Assembly (NCBI GenBank): GCA_963718235.1
Contig: CAVQYR010000001.1
Span: 2,048,001-2,112,000 of the forward strand
Source of the DNA: an uncultured Actinomycetota bacterium
Lineage (GTDB): Bacteria; Actinomycetota; Actinomycetes; JAHEKZ01
Direction of reading: 5' to 3'
Length of the DNA: 64,000 bases
Shown: piece by piece, positions 1-11,990 of the stretch
How the letters are laid out: every line of letters begins with the position of its first letter
Position numbering within the stretch: the first letter of the stretch is position 1
Translations under genes and position numbers: made by a program
Notes under the pieces: model-generated
Databases searched by the model: none
The model's input: only the letters and a program-made list of their open reading frames with translations
What the model was told of the DNA's origin: nothing

Positions 1-133
1 GGCCGAGGTGACCTCCGGTCCGGGCCACGTTCTCGACCAGGAAGGTGCGGATCTCCTCGGCGAGCCGGGCACACTCGTCCGGCGTCAGCGCCTTGAGGTC
101 GCGCGGGCTGTGCACGCGTTCGAGCTGGCCCAC
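1..133 (-). CDS. dxs: 1-deoxy-D-xylulose-5-phosphate synthase, 5' end only (continues off the left edge)
   Basis: Not in the ORF track. Manual translation from GTG at 133 gives [44 protein letters not shown], the DXS N-terminus with the TGGHLG motif. AGGAGG RBS just upstream. Confidence 0.9.
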   Translation of the reverse strand, partial: MGQLERVHSPRDLKALTPDECARLAEEIRTFLVENVARTGGHLG

Positions 134-219
134 GACACCTCCTGTCGACGCTGCCGGACTCCGGTGAGTCTAGGTGTACTCAGGCAGCTCGGCGCGCCAG
201 CCGGACGGCGCCGCACCGG

Positions 220-585
220 TCAGAGCCGAGGAACATAGCGCTGTCCCGCCAGGGCGTCGGCCACGAGGTGCACCGCCCGCTGGAGGGCGAGCAGGCGGGC
301 CCCCTCGGCCTCGAGCACGGTCAACGTCTCCGCCAGAACCTCCGGGCCGAGGTCTGCGCGCTCACGGCGCACCGACCGGTACGCCTGCCGCGTGGCCTCG
401 AGACCGGCGTCCACCTGCCGGGCGGTCAGCCAGGCCAGCAGGACGGGCTGTCTGCGCAGGAGCCCGTGGTCGCGGTACTCAGGCGGGCTGTGGTCGAGCA
501 GCCAGAGGACGGCGTCGTCGACCCACTCCGCGGTGTCTGGGGGCGGGACCTGCGACGGCCAACCGGGCGGCACGGACCGGCTCAC
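220..585 (-). CDS. Conserved actinobacterial hypothetical protein (~121 aa)
   Basis: C-terminal part of ORF 220..1146 (VPPGWPSQVPPPD...WLLD..PPEYR). GTG at 585 overlaps the GNAT stop (GTGA coupling). Confidence 0.7.
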   Translation of the reverse strand: MSRSVPPGWPSQVPPPDTAEWVDDAVLWLLDHSPPEYRDHGLLRRQPVLLAWLTARQVDAGLEATRQAYRSVRRERADLGPEVLAETLTVLEAEGARLLALQRAVHLVADALAGQRYVPRL

Positions 586-1139
586 CAGGTCCGCCCCTGC
601 GGTGTGATCCGGTACAGCACGTGGCGACGTAGCCGGTGGCCCTCTGGCACGCGCGGGTGCTCGAAGTCGTCGGCGGGGTCGTGGGTCATCCCCAACCGTC
701 GCATGACCGCGATCGACCTGCAGTTCTCCGGTGACGTCATGGACACGACCTCGTCGACGCCTGCGGTGTCGAAGGCGAAGTCGACTGCTGCACGCCCTGC
801 CTCGGTGGCGAAGCCGTGACCCCAGGCGGACCTCCGTAGCCTCCACCCGACCTCGAGCGCCGGCGTGAAGTGCGCCGGGAAGGTCTGCCACGTGAGGCCG
901 ACGAAGCCGATGAACGGGTCGCCACCGATCACCTCGACGGCCCACAGACCGTAGCCGTGCTCGTCGAGGTGCCGCCGGATCCGCTCGCGGACGAGCTCGT
1001 CGCTCTGCTCGCCGGTCATCGGTGCCACGAAGTGCGCCATGACGACCGGGTCGGCGTTCATCGTCGCGAACGGCTCGAGGTCGCCGTCGCGCCAGGTGCG
1101 CAGGCGCAGCCTTCGCGTGCTCAGCTCGGTGCCTCTCAC
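582..1139 (-). CDS. GNAT N-acetyltransferase, RimJ/RimL family
   Basis: LSTRRLRLR, LEVGWRL, WGHGFATE and NCRSIAVMRRLGM motifs. Confidence 0.9.
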   Translation of the reverse strand: MRGTELSTRRLRLRTWRDGDLEPFATMNADPVVMAHFVAPMTGEQSDELVRERIRRHLDEHGYGLWAVEVIGGDPFIGFVGLTWQTFPAHFTPALEVGWRLRRSAWGHGFATEAGRAAVDFAFDTAGVDEVVSMTSPENCRSIAVMRRLGMTHDPADDFEHPRVPEGHRLRRHVLYRITPQGRTW

Positions 1140-1196
1140 CGGCCAAGCATCCCAGCCTGAGTCGTTGGCTGGAGGTGCCGATGAGATACTTGGCGG

Positions 1197-1640
1197 ATGC
1201 CGGCCTGGTCGATCGTCATCAAGTCCTTCATCAAGTGGGGACCGATCGCGTTCGCTGCTGCGCGCAAGTACTACCCGTACATCCAGAACAGCCCGGCCGC
1301 CCAGAAGTTCGTCGGTCAGATGGCCGACCAGACGATGAAGATCCCGTCTCGCCTGTCACCCGAACTGCGCGCCAGGCGCAAGATCGCTGCCGTTCGCCAG
1401 TCACTCGCCGAGGCTGCGGTGCTCGGCGTCGACCCCACGCAGTACGCCCGGTGGCGTCACGAGCTCGACGAGCTCGACCGCACTCTGACGTTGTCCCAGG
1501 CCGCGAACCGAAGCCGACGACGGGTGCTCGTGCGCCAGGTCAACGACCGGCTGGACCGGCTGGTTGCGGCGATCCTGCCCTCACTGGCCGGTCGCGGTGG
1601 GGCATCCCCACCCACCCCGCTCCCTCCGGCTCCTCGCTGA
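1197..1640 (+). CDS. Hypothetical protein (147 aa, helical)
   Basis: Coding-like codon usage. GATACT -10-like hexamer 6 nt before the ATG. Stop abuts the acnA stop. Confidence 0.7.
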   Translation: MPAWSIVIKSFIKWGPIAFAAARKYYPYIQNSPAAQKFVGQMADQTMKIPSRLSPELRARRKIAAVRQSLAEAAVLGVDPTQYARWRHELDELDRTLTLSQAANRSRRRVLVRQVNDRLDRLVAAILPSLAGRGGASPPTPLPPAPR

Positions 1641-4334
<2,694 letters not shown>

Positions 4335-4376
4335 CGGTTCTCCCTCTCGCCTGCGGACATTCTGACGGTACCGATT

Positions 4377-4394
4377 TATCTTGATATCAAGATA
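4377..4394. promoter_or_regulatory. Perfect 18-bp palindrome TATCTTGATATCAAGATA upstream of acnA (probable operator)
   Basis: Exact inverted repeat, AT-rich in a GC-rich context, about 43 bp before the acnA ATG. Confidence 0.75.
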
Positions 4395-5594
4395 CTATCC
4401 GGACCCGGTCCGTTCCAGCAAGGCCACGCACTCCACGTGGTGGGTCATCGGGAACAGGTCGAACCCCCGGACCTGGGTCAGGGAGTACCCGGCCCCGGCG
4501 AAGGTGCGCACGTCGCGCCCCAGGGCCGCGGGGTCACAGGCCACGTAGGCCACCGCCCGCGGGCTCAGGCCGGCCACGCCCTCCACCACGGTCGCGCCGG
4601 CACCGGTCCGAGGCGGGTCGAGGACGACGAGGTCACAACGCCGGAGCCGGCCGCGGGCCAGGAAGCCCTCGACCGGCTCCGCGTGCACCGACACGACCTC
4701 CAGGTCGGACAGGTTGTGCGTCGCGTCGGCGGCTGCCCTCCGGTGCCCCTCCACGGCGTCCACCCGTCCCCCGGGCCCGAGCAGCGGGGCGAGCGCACCG
4801 GCGAACAGACCGACCCCGCAGTAGAGATCCGCGACGTGCTCCCCCGGGCGCGCCGCCAACATGGAGGACACACACGAGGCCAGGACGTCGGCCGCGCCCG
4901 GGTGAACCTGCCAGAAGCCGCCGCCGGAGACCCGCCAGGTCCGTCCCGCCGCCCGGTGGTTCAGCGCCTTGCCGACCGGCCCCGGATGAACCCGGAGGTC
5001 GGACTCCGCGGTCGACGCCGACGTGGACGCCTCGACCCACTCGGCGCCAGGCCAGCGCTGGGCCACGATCCCGGGCGCGTCGATGCCCGGGTGCGCGATG
5101 AGACAGTCGGACACGCCCACGACTTCGTGTGAGCGGTGTCGACGCAGCCCGGCCCGCCCGTCCGCGTCGACCGCGAACCGGACCCGGGTCCGCCAGCGTG
5201 CACCGTCGTCGTCCCCAGGCACCTGCTCGACGCCGACCGTTCGCGCCACCCCGCCCAGTCGTTGCAGCTGCTCGCCGAGGACCATCGACTTCAGTCGTCG
5301 TTGCGCCTCGACCGTCGCGTGCTGCCAGTCGCATCCCCCGCAGCCCCCGGGTCCCGCGTACGGACACGCTGGGACGACCCGGTCGGGTGAAGGATCCAGG
5401 ACCTCCACCGCGTCCGCCCGCAAGTACCGTTCCTTGGGTCCGACCCCGGTCACCTCGACGACCACCCGCTCACCGGGCAGGCTGTGCCGGACGAACACCA
5501 CCTGTCCGTCGCTGCGGGCCACACAGTGGCCGCCGTGGGCCACCGGCCCGACCGTGACCTCGAAGCGGTTGCCAACGGTACGAGGCGCCGTCAG
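4395..5594 (-). CDS. TRAM-domain RNA (uracil-C5) methyltransferase, RlmD/TrmA family
   Basis: HGGHCVAR TRAM segment, CPYAGPGGCGGCDWQH Fe-S motif, FWQVH, DLYCGVG, LDPPRTG, YVACDP, DLFPMTHHVE. Start placed at CTG 5594 by inference; alternative GTG 5543. Confidence 0.9.
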   Translation of the reverse strand: MTAPRTVGNRFEVTVGPVAHGGHCVARSDGQVVFVRHSLPGERVVVEVTGVGPKERYLRADAVEVLDPSPDRVVPACPYAGPGGCGGCDWQHATVEAQRRLKSMVLGEQLQRLGGVARTVGVEQVPGDDDGARWRTRVRFAVDADGRAGLRRHRSHEVVGVSDCLIAHPGIDAPGIVAQRWPGAEWVEASTSASTAESDLRVHPGPVGKALNHRAAGRTWRVSGGGFWQVHPGAADVLASCVSSMLAARPGEHVADLYCGVGLFAGALAPLLGPGGRVDAVEGHRRAAADATHNLSDLEVVSVHAEPVEGFLARGRLRRCDLVVLDPPRTGAGATVVEGVAGLSPRAVAYVACDPAALGRDVRTFAGAGYSLTQVRGFDLFPMTHHVECVALLERTGSG

Positions 5595-7609
5595 GGCTTG
5601 AGCTCCTCGGCAACGGTGGCTTCGGCCACTTCGGGTGTCGGCTCACCGCGCCGTACGGCGCCGGGCGCGAAGTTCTCCGGGCGGCTCTCCTGTCCCACCG
5701 AGGACCGCAGCTGGTACGGCACCGACACCACGACCACTCCAGGGGTGAACCGCAGCCGGGTCTTCAGACGCAGAGCGCTCTGGTTGTGCAGCAGTGTCTC
5801 CCACCAACGCCCGACCACGTACTCGGGGACGTAGACGTCGACGATGTCCCGCGGGCTCTCGCGGCGGATGTTCTTCACGTAGTCGACGACGGGACGGGTG
5901 ATCTCCCGGTACGGCGAGTCCAGCACCTTGAGCGGGACCGGGATGTCTCGCTGGTCCCACTCTGCGATCAGCGCCTCGGCGTCACCCTCATCGACGCTGA
6001 CCGTGAGCGCCTCCAGGGTTGCCGGACGGGACGCACGGGCGTAGGCGATCGCCCGAAGAGCCGGCTTGTGGAGCTTGGAGACCAGCACCACGGCATGGAT
6101 CCGGGCGGGCAGCATGACGGCCTCTTGGTCCGCGGCGAGCTCGGTCGACACCGAGTGGTAGTGCTTGCGGATCGCCTTCATCAGCACGAAGAGCAGCCCC
6201 ATGAAGACGATCGCGAGCCAGGCGCCCCTCGTGAACTTGGTGACCAGCACGAGGACCAGCACGGTTCCCGTCATGCACATGCCGAAGAAGTTGACCGCTC
6301 GCGAGCGCATCATCTGCCGGCGAACCGCCGCCTCTTCCTCCGTCCGGAGCAGTCGGGTCCAGTGCCGCACCATGCCGAGCTGGCTGAGCGTGAACGACAC
6401 GAACACACCGACGATGTACAGCTGGATCAGCTTGCTGACGTCGGCGTCGAACACGTAGATGAGGAGCCCGGCTGCCCCGGCCAGGAAGACGATGCCGTTG
6501 CTGAAGGCCAGGCGGTCACCGCGGGTGTGCAGCTGTCGAGGCAGGTAGCCGTCGCGTGCCAGGATCGACCCGAGCACCGGGAAACCGTTGAACGCGGTGT
6601 TCGCGGCGAGCACCAGGATCAGTGCGGTCAGGGCGGACACGATCAGGGCCAGCGCCGGTGCGTTGCTGAAGACGGCGTTGGCCACCTGGGCGATCACCGT
6701 CTTCTGCTCGTCGCCGGGCGGGAGCCCGATCAGGTCGGCGTTGTTGTCGGTGACCTGCACCCCTGTGTAGATCGCCAGCCAGGTGATCGCGCAGAACATC
6801 GCCATCGAGATGCCACCGAGCAGCAGGAGCGTCGTGGCCGCGTTCCTCGACTTCGGTTTCTGGAAGGCAGGCACACCGTTGCTGATCGCCTCGACACCGG
6901 TCAGAGCGGTCGTACCGGAGCTAAACGAACGGGCGATCAGGAAGATGAGGGCGCCGCCGGTGAACGTCGACTCGGCGACCATGGTCCAGTCGGCGCTCTC
7001 GGCCTGGACCGTGTCCCCGGAGACGATCCTGAAGATGGCCCAGCCCAGCATGCCGAAGATCGCAACCATGAAGCCGTACGTCGGGATCGCGAAGGCCGTC
7101 CCCGACTCTCTCACGCCGCGCAGGTTCATGAACGTGATCAGCGCGATGAACCCCAGCGCCAGCACCACCTTGTGGTTGTTCGCCGGCTCGTACTGGGACG
7201 CGATGTTGTCGACCGCTGAGGCAATGGACACCGCCACGGTCATGACGTAGTCGACCAGCAGGGCGCTGGCGACGACGACCCCGGCGTTGGGCCCGAGGTT
7301 CGTCGTGACCACCTCGTAGTCACCGCCACCGCTGGGGTACGCATGGACGTTCTGCCGGTACGAGGCGACCACGGTGAAGAACACAAGGACGACCGCGGCA
7401 GCGACCCACGGTGTGTACGAGTAGAGCGCCGCGCCCCCCAGGGCGAGCACGAGCAGGATCTCCTGGGTGGCGTACGCGTTCGACGAAAGAGCGTCGCTGG
7501 CGAAGACGGGGAGCGCGATGCGCTTGGGCAGCAGCGTCTCGCCGAGCTTGTCGCTGCGCTGCGGACGTCCGACGAGCACCCGCTTGAACTGCGACGTCAC
7601 GTTGGCCAC
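5591..7609 (-). CDS. APC-family permease, KimA/YdaO-like (probable K+ transporter)
   Basis: ALPVFASDALSSNAYA, AYPSGGGDY, TGVEAISNGVP, multiple TM helices and a cytoplasmic C-domain. Divergent from the trkA pair. Start about 7609 or 7600. Confidence 0.88.
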   Translation of the reverse strand: MANVTSQFKRVLVGRPQRSDKLGETLLPKRIALPVFASDALSSNAYATQEILLVLALGGAALYSYTPWVAAAVVLVFFTVVASYRQNVHAYPSGGGDYEVVTTNLGPNAGVVVASALLVDYVMTVAVSIASAVDNIASQYEPANNHKVVLALGFIALITFMNLRGVRESGTAFAIPTYGFMVAIFGMLGWAIFRIVSGDTVQAESADWTMVAESTFTGGALIFLIARSFSSGTTALTGVEAISNGVPAFQKPKSRNAATTLLLLGGISMAMFCAITWLAIYTGVQVTDNNADLIGLPPGDEQKTVIAQVANAVFSNAPALALIVSALTALILVLAANTAFNGFPVLGSILARDGYLPRQLHTRGDRLAFSNGIVFLAGAAGLLIYVFDADVSKLIQLYIVGVFVSFTLSQLGMVRHWTRLLRTEEEAAVRRQMMRSRAVNFFGMCMTGTVLVLVLVTKFTRGAWLAIVFMGLLFVLMKAIRKHYHSVSTELAADQEAVMLPARIHAVVLVSKLHKPALRAIAYARASRPATLEALTVSVDEGDAEALIAEWDQRDIPVPLKVLDSPYREITRPVVDYVKNIRRESPRDIVDVYVPEYVVGRWWETLLHNQSALRLKTRLRFTPGVVVVSVPYQLRSSVGQESRPENFAPGAVRRGEPTPEVAEATVAEELKP

Positions 7610-7700
7610 GGGGGGCGATGCTACGCGCCCTCCTGCCCGGTCACCGAGGCGGTGGCCACCCGCGTGGGGGTCCGCCCCCTTCGGCGGTAGCGTGTCTGCC

Positions 7701-8363
7701 GTGCATGTCGTGATCATGGGGTGCGGCCGGGTCGGCTCCACCCTCGCCAACGTCCTCGACGAGGCTGGACACAGCGTCGCCGTGGTTGACCAGGACGAGG
7801 CTGCCTTCCGCAAGCTGCCGTCCACGTTCGGCGGCACGACGGTGACCGGCGTGGGCTTCGACCGGGACACCCTGCACGACGCCGGCATCGAGCAGGCGGA
7901 CGCCTTCGCAGCGGTCAGCAGTGGCGACAACTCGAACATCATCTCTGCCCGGGTGGCCCGGGAGACGTTCAACGTCGGCAACGTCGTGGCCCGGATCTAC
8001 GACCCCCGACGGGCCGAGATCTACCAGCGCCTCGGCATCCCGACCGTCGCCACCGTCCGCTGGACGGCCGACCAGATCCTGCGGCAGCTGCTTCCTGGAG
8101 GGGTCCAGGAGGACTACCGCGACCCCAGTGGACGCATCGTGCTGGCCCAGATCCACACCGCTCCCGGCTGGTTCGGACAGCCGCTGCGCCGGCTGGAGGA
8201 CGAGACGGCGGCCCGGATCGCCTTCATCACCCGACTCGGGGACGGGCAGCTCCCCCACGCCGACACGGTGCTCCAGGAGGGCGACCTCGTGCACGTGCTC
8301 GTGTCCGAGGGCGACCTCGTCCGGGTCGAACGGGCGTTCGCCCGCGAGCCGGAGGGGCACTAG
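7701..8363 (+). CDS. trkA: TrkA/KtrA-family RCK potassium uptake regulatory protein (CeoB-like)
   Basis: VVIMGCGRVG Rossmann motif, SSGDNSN, C-terminal TrkA-C. TAGCGT -10 is 7 nt before the GTG. Confidence 0.93.
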   Translation: MHVVIMGCGRVGSTLANVLDEAGHSVAVVDQDEAAFRKLPSTFGGTTVTGVGFDRDTLHDAGIEQADAFAAVSSGDNSNIISARVARETFNVGNVVARIYDPRRAEIYQRLGIPTVATVRWTADQILRQLLPGGVQEDYRDPSGRIVLAQIHTAPGWFGQPLRRLEDETAARIAFITRLGDGQLPHADTVLQEGDLVHVLVSEGDLVRVERAFAREPEGH

Positions 8364-9026
8364 ATGCGGGTCGTCATCGCGGGAGCGGGCAAGGTCGGTC
8401 GGTCGATCGCCAGTGAGCTGCTGGGGCACGGCCACACCGTCCTGCTGATCGACGAGGACAACAGCAACTTCCGGCAGGACATGGCCGGCGCGCAGTGGCT
8501 CGAGGCCGATGCCTGCGAGATCTCCAGCCTCGACGGCGCACGGCTGCAGGACTGCCAGGTCGTGATCGCGGCCACCGGCGACGACAAGGTCAACCTCGTC
8601 ATCGCCCTCCTGGCGAAGACCGAGTACGGCGTGCCCCGGGTGGTCGCTCGGGTCAACCACCCCAAGAACGAGTGGCTGTTCAACGAGGCGTGGGGCGTCG
8701 ACGTCGCGGTGTCCACGCCGCGCATGCTGTCCGCCCTGGTCGAGGAGGCCGTGAGCGTAGGCGACGTCGTGCGACTCATGGAGTTCGAGCAAGGTGAGGC
8801 CAATTTGGTCGAGCTCACCTTGCCGGAGAACTCGCCAGTGATCGCCGCACGGGTGGGCGACGTCGACTGGCCGGAGTCGGTCGCCCTGGTCGCCATCATG
8901 CGCGACGCCCGAGTGCTCGTCCCCAGCGTCGATGACAGCCTCGAGGTCGGCGACGAGCTGTTGTTCGTCGCCCCGCGCTCGGCCGAGGTGTCCCTCCAGG
9001 AGATCCTCGCCCCCCACCCCGCCTGA
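8364..9026 (+). CDS. trkA: Second TrkA-family RCK protein (CeoC-like)
   Basis: VVIAGAGKVG, ATGDDKVN, VARVNHPKNEWLF. Confidence 0.93.
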   Translation: MRVVIAGAGKVGRSIASELLGHGHTVLLIDEDNSNFRQDMAGAQWLEADACEISSLDGARLQDCQVVIAATGDDKVNLVIALLAKTEYGVPRVVARVNHPKNEWLFNEAWGVDVAVSTPRMLSALVEEAVSVGDVVRLMEFEQGEANLVELTLPENSPVIAARVGDVDWPESVALVAIMRDARVLVPSVDDSLEVGDELLFVAPRSAEVSLQEILAPHPA

Positions 9027-9054
9027 GCCCTCTGCCTCCGACGTCCGCGCTGCG

Positions 9055-9762
9055 TCAGCTGTCAGGTACGTCGTCGGGCGCGGGCGCGAGATGCTCCTTC
9101 GGCGGTGGGGCGGCTCGGATGAGGGCGTAGGTCAACCAGGCCACCAGCAGGAACAACGGCCAGCCCATCAGGATGCGGGCCACGCCCAGGGCGATGGCCG
9201 CCCCGGCCAGGTAGAGAGGGACCTGGACCGCCAGCCGCAGGCCGAACATGGCGACCCACAGCCAGCACGCCCGGGTGTAGGCCCGCCGTCGCGGTGGGTC
9301 CTGCCGCCACGACATGCCCTCCCCCAGCAACGGCCCGACGACGACCCCCAGGATCGGCCAGCCCACGAGGATCGACACGAGGTACACCAACCCGTACCCC
9401 GCGGAGATGAACAGCCCGGGGAGGTAGAAGTTGGCCGCGTTGCCCGATCGCGCCGCCAGCAGTGCCCCGATGCCGACCCCCACGAGGCCGTACACCGTCT
9501 GCTGCAGGCTCTCCCGGCGCACGACCCGGACCACGGCCACGACCGCCGCGAGGGCCAGCGCGGCCCACACGGCGACCCGCAGTGCCTCGTCCGGCCACCA
9601 GAACCCGCCGAGGGTGTACACGAGGACGAACGCCGCGCTCGGCAGACCACTGTCGACCAGTCCGCGTCGGCCACCCATGGCCTGGGCGATGTCGACGCCG
9701 AACGGGCGCTCGTCACCGGAGGCGTCCGATGCTGCTGGCTCCTCTGGGGTGCGGTCGCTCAT
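9055..9762 (-). CDS. DUF3159 membrane protein
   Basis: MGGRRGLVDSGLP, multiple TM helices, conserved position after the trkA pair. Confidence 0.85.
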   Translation of the reverse strand: MSDRTPEEPAASDASGDERPFGVDIAQAMGGRRGLVDSGLPSAAFVLVYTLGGFWWPDEALRVAVWAALALAAVVAVVRVVRRESLQQTVYGLVGVGIGALLAARSGNAANFYLPGLFISAGYGLVYLVSILVGWPILGVVVGPLLGEGMSWRQDPPRRRAYTRACWLWVAMFGLRLAVQVPLYLAGAAIALGVARILMGWPLFLLVAWLTYALIRAAPPPKEHLAPAPDDVPDS

Positions 9763-10121
9763 CGCCCGTAGGGGCGCAGCTCGTAGCGTGGGTTGAACAC
9801 GGTGGACCGCCCCTTGCTCACCGTCACCCGGCCGCTGACGAGCATCGGCCGACCCGGGCTCACCCCCGGGAGCCGACGCCGGCCCAGCCACACCACGGTC
9901 ACCACCCCGGTGCCGTCGTACAGCTCGGCCTCGAGGGCGGGCACGCCGCTGCGCGGACGCAACGTGACCGTGCGGATCGTGCCGGCCAAGGTCGACGGTC
10001 TCCCCGGGACGGCCGAGACGATCGGCAGTGCCTCCAGGTCGCGGGCCCGAGCCTGCAGCTCGTCGGCCTCGAACTGACTCGTCGAACGAGCCATCCGGGA
10101 CAGCCGTGAGCTCACGCCCAT
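9759..10121 (-). CDS. OB-fold nucleic-acid-binding protein
   Basis: LEAELYDGTG..VVWLGRRRLPGV..NPRYEL and conserved synteny. Confidence 0.85.
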   Translation of the reverse strand: MGVSSRLSRMARSTSQFEADELQARARDLEALPIVSAVPGRPSTLAGTIRTVTLRPRSGVPALEAELYDGTGVVTVVWLGRRRLPGVSPGRPMLVSGRVTVSKGRSTVFNPRYELRPYGR

Positions 10122-10134
10122 GACGGGGCGCCCA

Positions 10135-10830
10135 TCAGGGGACACCCGGCGGTTCCGAGCGCAGCGACGGGTCGTCCGGCATGGTCAGCAGAAGCAGCTC
10201 GCGCGGCGGTGCAGCGGCATCACCACGGACCACCACCACGTTGCGGAAGATCTCGTGGACGGCGACCAGGTCCTGCGGGTCGCCACCGGAGTCACCACTG
10301 ATGACCCCCCGCAGGAACCACCGTGGACCGTCGACCCCGAGGAACCGCACCGGCTGGAGGCCGGAGCCCGGCTTGGTCGCGTCGGTGGGCACCTGGGCCA
10401 CGAGCTCCGGCCCGAAGGGTCCGGCGTCCTCTTCGGCCTTGCCACCGGACCCGACGATGCCGCTGATCATCTCGGCGCGGACGTCGTCCCACAGGCCAAG
10501 CGAGCGGGGAGCAGCGAAGACCTGGAGCTGCAGGACGGCTCCCTGGAGGGCCACCGCAACCGCGCTGATCCGACCCTGGTCGTCGACGTCCAGGCGGACC
10601 TCCATCCCGTCGATCGCCGGCACCCGCAGGGCGCCGAAGTCGATCCGGGTGACCTCGTCGTCGACGTCGTCGACGTCGAACGGGCCCTCCGGTCGGACCT
10701 TGCCCGGGTTCGGCCGGTCTGTCTCGTCACGCGAGGCCACGACGTCGTCGGCGTTGTCGGCGTCCAGGATCCCCTCCGCCGCGTCGGGTGGCTCCTCGGG
10801 CTGCTCGTGCTTGCGACGCAGGAAGCTCAC
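10135..10830 (-). CDS. DUF3710 domain protein
   Basis: GPFD..IDFGALRVP, FAAPRS.GLWD, GVDGPRWFLRG. GTGA-coupled to dut. Confidence 0.88.
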   Translation of the reverse strand: MSFLRRKHEQPEEPPDAAEGILDADNADDVVASRDETDRPNPGKVRPEGPFDVDDVDDEVTRIDFGALRVPAIDGMEVRLDVDDQGRISAVAVALQGAVLQLQVFAAPRSLGLWDDVRAEMISGIVGSGGKAEEDAGPFGPELVAQVPTDATKPGSGLQPVRFLGVDGPRWFLRGVISGDSGGDPQDLVAVHEIFRNVVVVRGDAAAPPRELLLLTMPDDPSLRSEPPGVP

Positions 10831-11327
10831 GCGGTCTCCTTGTCTGGTGCGATGGCCAGGCCGGTCGAGCCGAACCCGCTCGCCGACCGGTCCGACCCGG
10901 GCAAGGCGGCGACCTCGTGCCAACGGACCTGCTCGACGCGCTGGACCACGAGCTGGGCGATCCGGTCCCCGCGGGTGAAGCTCACCGACTGGGTGGGGTC
11001 CAGGTTGACGATGCTCACCTTGATCTCTCCGCGGTACCCGGCATCGACCGTGCCCGGTGCGTTCAGCAGGCTCACCCCGTACTTGACCGCAAGCCCGCTG
11101 CGGGGGTGCACGAACGCCGCGTAGCCCGCGGGCAGGGCGATCGCGATCCCGGTGGGCAGCAGCGCGCGCTCCCCCGACCCGAGCACGGCGTCGACCGTGG
11201 TCGACAGGTCGAGTCCGGCGTCTCCGGGGTGCGCGTAGGTCGGGAGCGCGGCCTCTGGGTCGATGCGCTGCACCAGCACGTCGACGGGAGCAGTCGCAGA
11301 GGTCGAGCCCGTGGTCACGGCGTCCAC
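10827..11327 (-). CDS. dut: dUTP diphosphatase
   Basis: GDAGLDL, PRSGLA, GTVDAGYRGEI, GDRIAQL and RSASGFGSTG motifs. True start may be the leaderless GTG at 11318. Confidence 0.97.
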   Translation of the reverse strand: MDAVTTGSTSATAPVDVLVQRIDPEAALPTYAHPGDAGLDLSTTVDAVLGSGERALLPTGIAIALPAGYAAFVHPRSGLAVKYGVSLLNAPGTVDAGYRGEIKVSIVNLDPTQSVSFTRGDRIAQLVVQRVEQVRWHEVAALPGSDRSASGFGSTGLAIAPDKETA

Positions 11328-11334
11328 GCTAGCG

Positions 11335-11916
11335 TCACGGGTTCACCTCGAAGGCGTGCACCACCTCGTTGCTGTCCGCGCTCGCCACGTACGCCGCGAT
11401 GTCAGCGGCTCGACCGTTGCTCTTGAAGTGCTCGAGGGCCACCGTGACGAAGACCGCCTTGGCCTCCACGGCCACCGGCCCGGCGGGGTCCTCGAGGCGA
11501 CCGACCGCCCGCGAGTAGATCTTGCGCCCGGCCACGGCGACGCACTCGGCATCGATGATCAACCGGGACCCGACGGGTACCGGCCGACGGAAGTCGGTCT
11601 CCAGGTGCACGGTCACCGCAGGGACCCGCAACAGCCAGGTGACGGTCCCCAGCGCCTCGTCGAACGCGGCCGTGAGCAGTCCGCCGTGGGCCAGGCCTGG
11701 GGCTCCCTGGTGGTGCTCGTTGACGACGAGCTGGGCCCGGATGGCGCAGCCCTCGGCCGCGGTCAGCTGCAGGTGAAGCCCGGTCAGGTGGTCTGGACCA
11801 CAGCCGAAGCACTGCCGGTAGTGGGAACCGATCCGCTCGCCGGGGGCTGGCGCGTCGGGGTGCCGCTGGGGAGGCTCGGCGTGCAGGGGGGGATCGACGG
11901 CTCGACGGGCACTCAC
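11335..11916 (-). CDS. PaaI-family hotdog thioesterase
   Basis: CFGCG, HQGAPGLAHGG..DE motif. Confidence 0.9.
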   Translation of the reverse strand: MSARRAVDPPLHAEPPQRHPDAPAPGERIGSHYRQCFGCGPDHLTGLHLQLTAAEGCAIRAQLVVNEHHQGAPGLAHGGLLTAAFDEALGTVTWLLRVPAVTVHLETDFRRPVPVGSRLIIDAECVAVAGRKIYSRAVGRLEDPAGPVAVEAKAVFVTVALEHFKSNGRAADIAAYVASADSNEVVHAFEVNP

Positions 11917-11990
11917 GACGTCGACCCTACTTGGCGCAGGCGCAGCGACCCCTGGCTGAACCCTGCTCAGTGGGGTGCGAGGCTGTCGTC

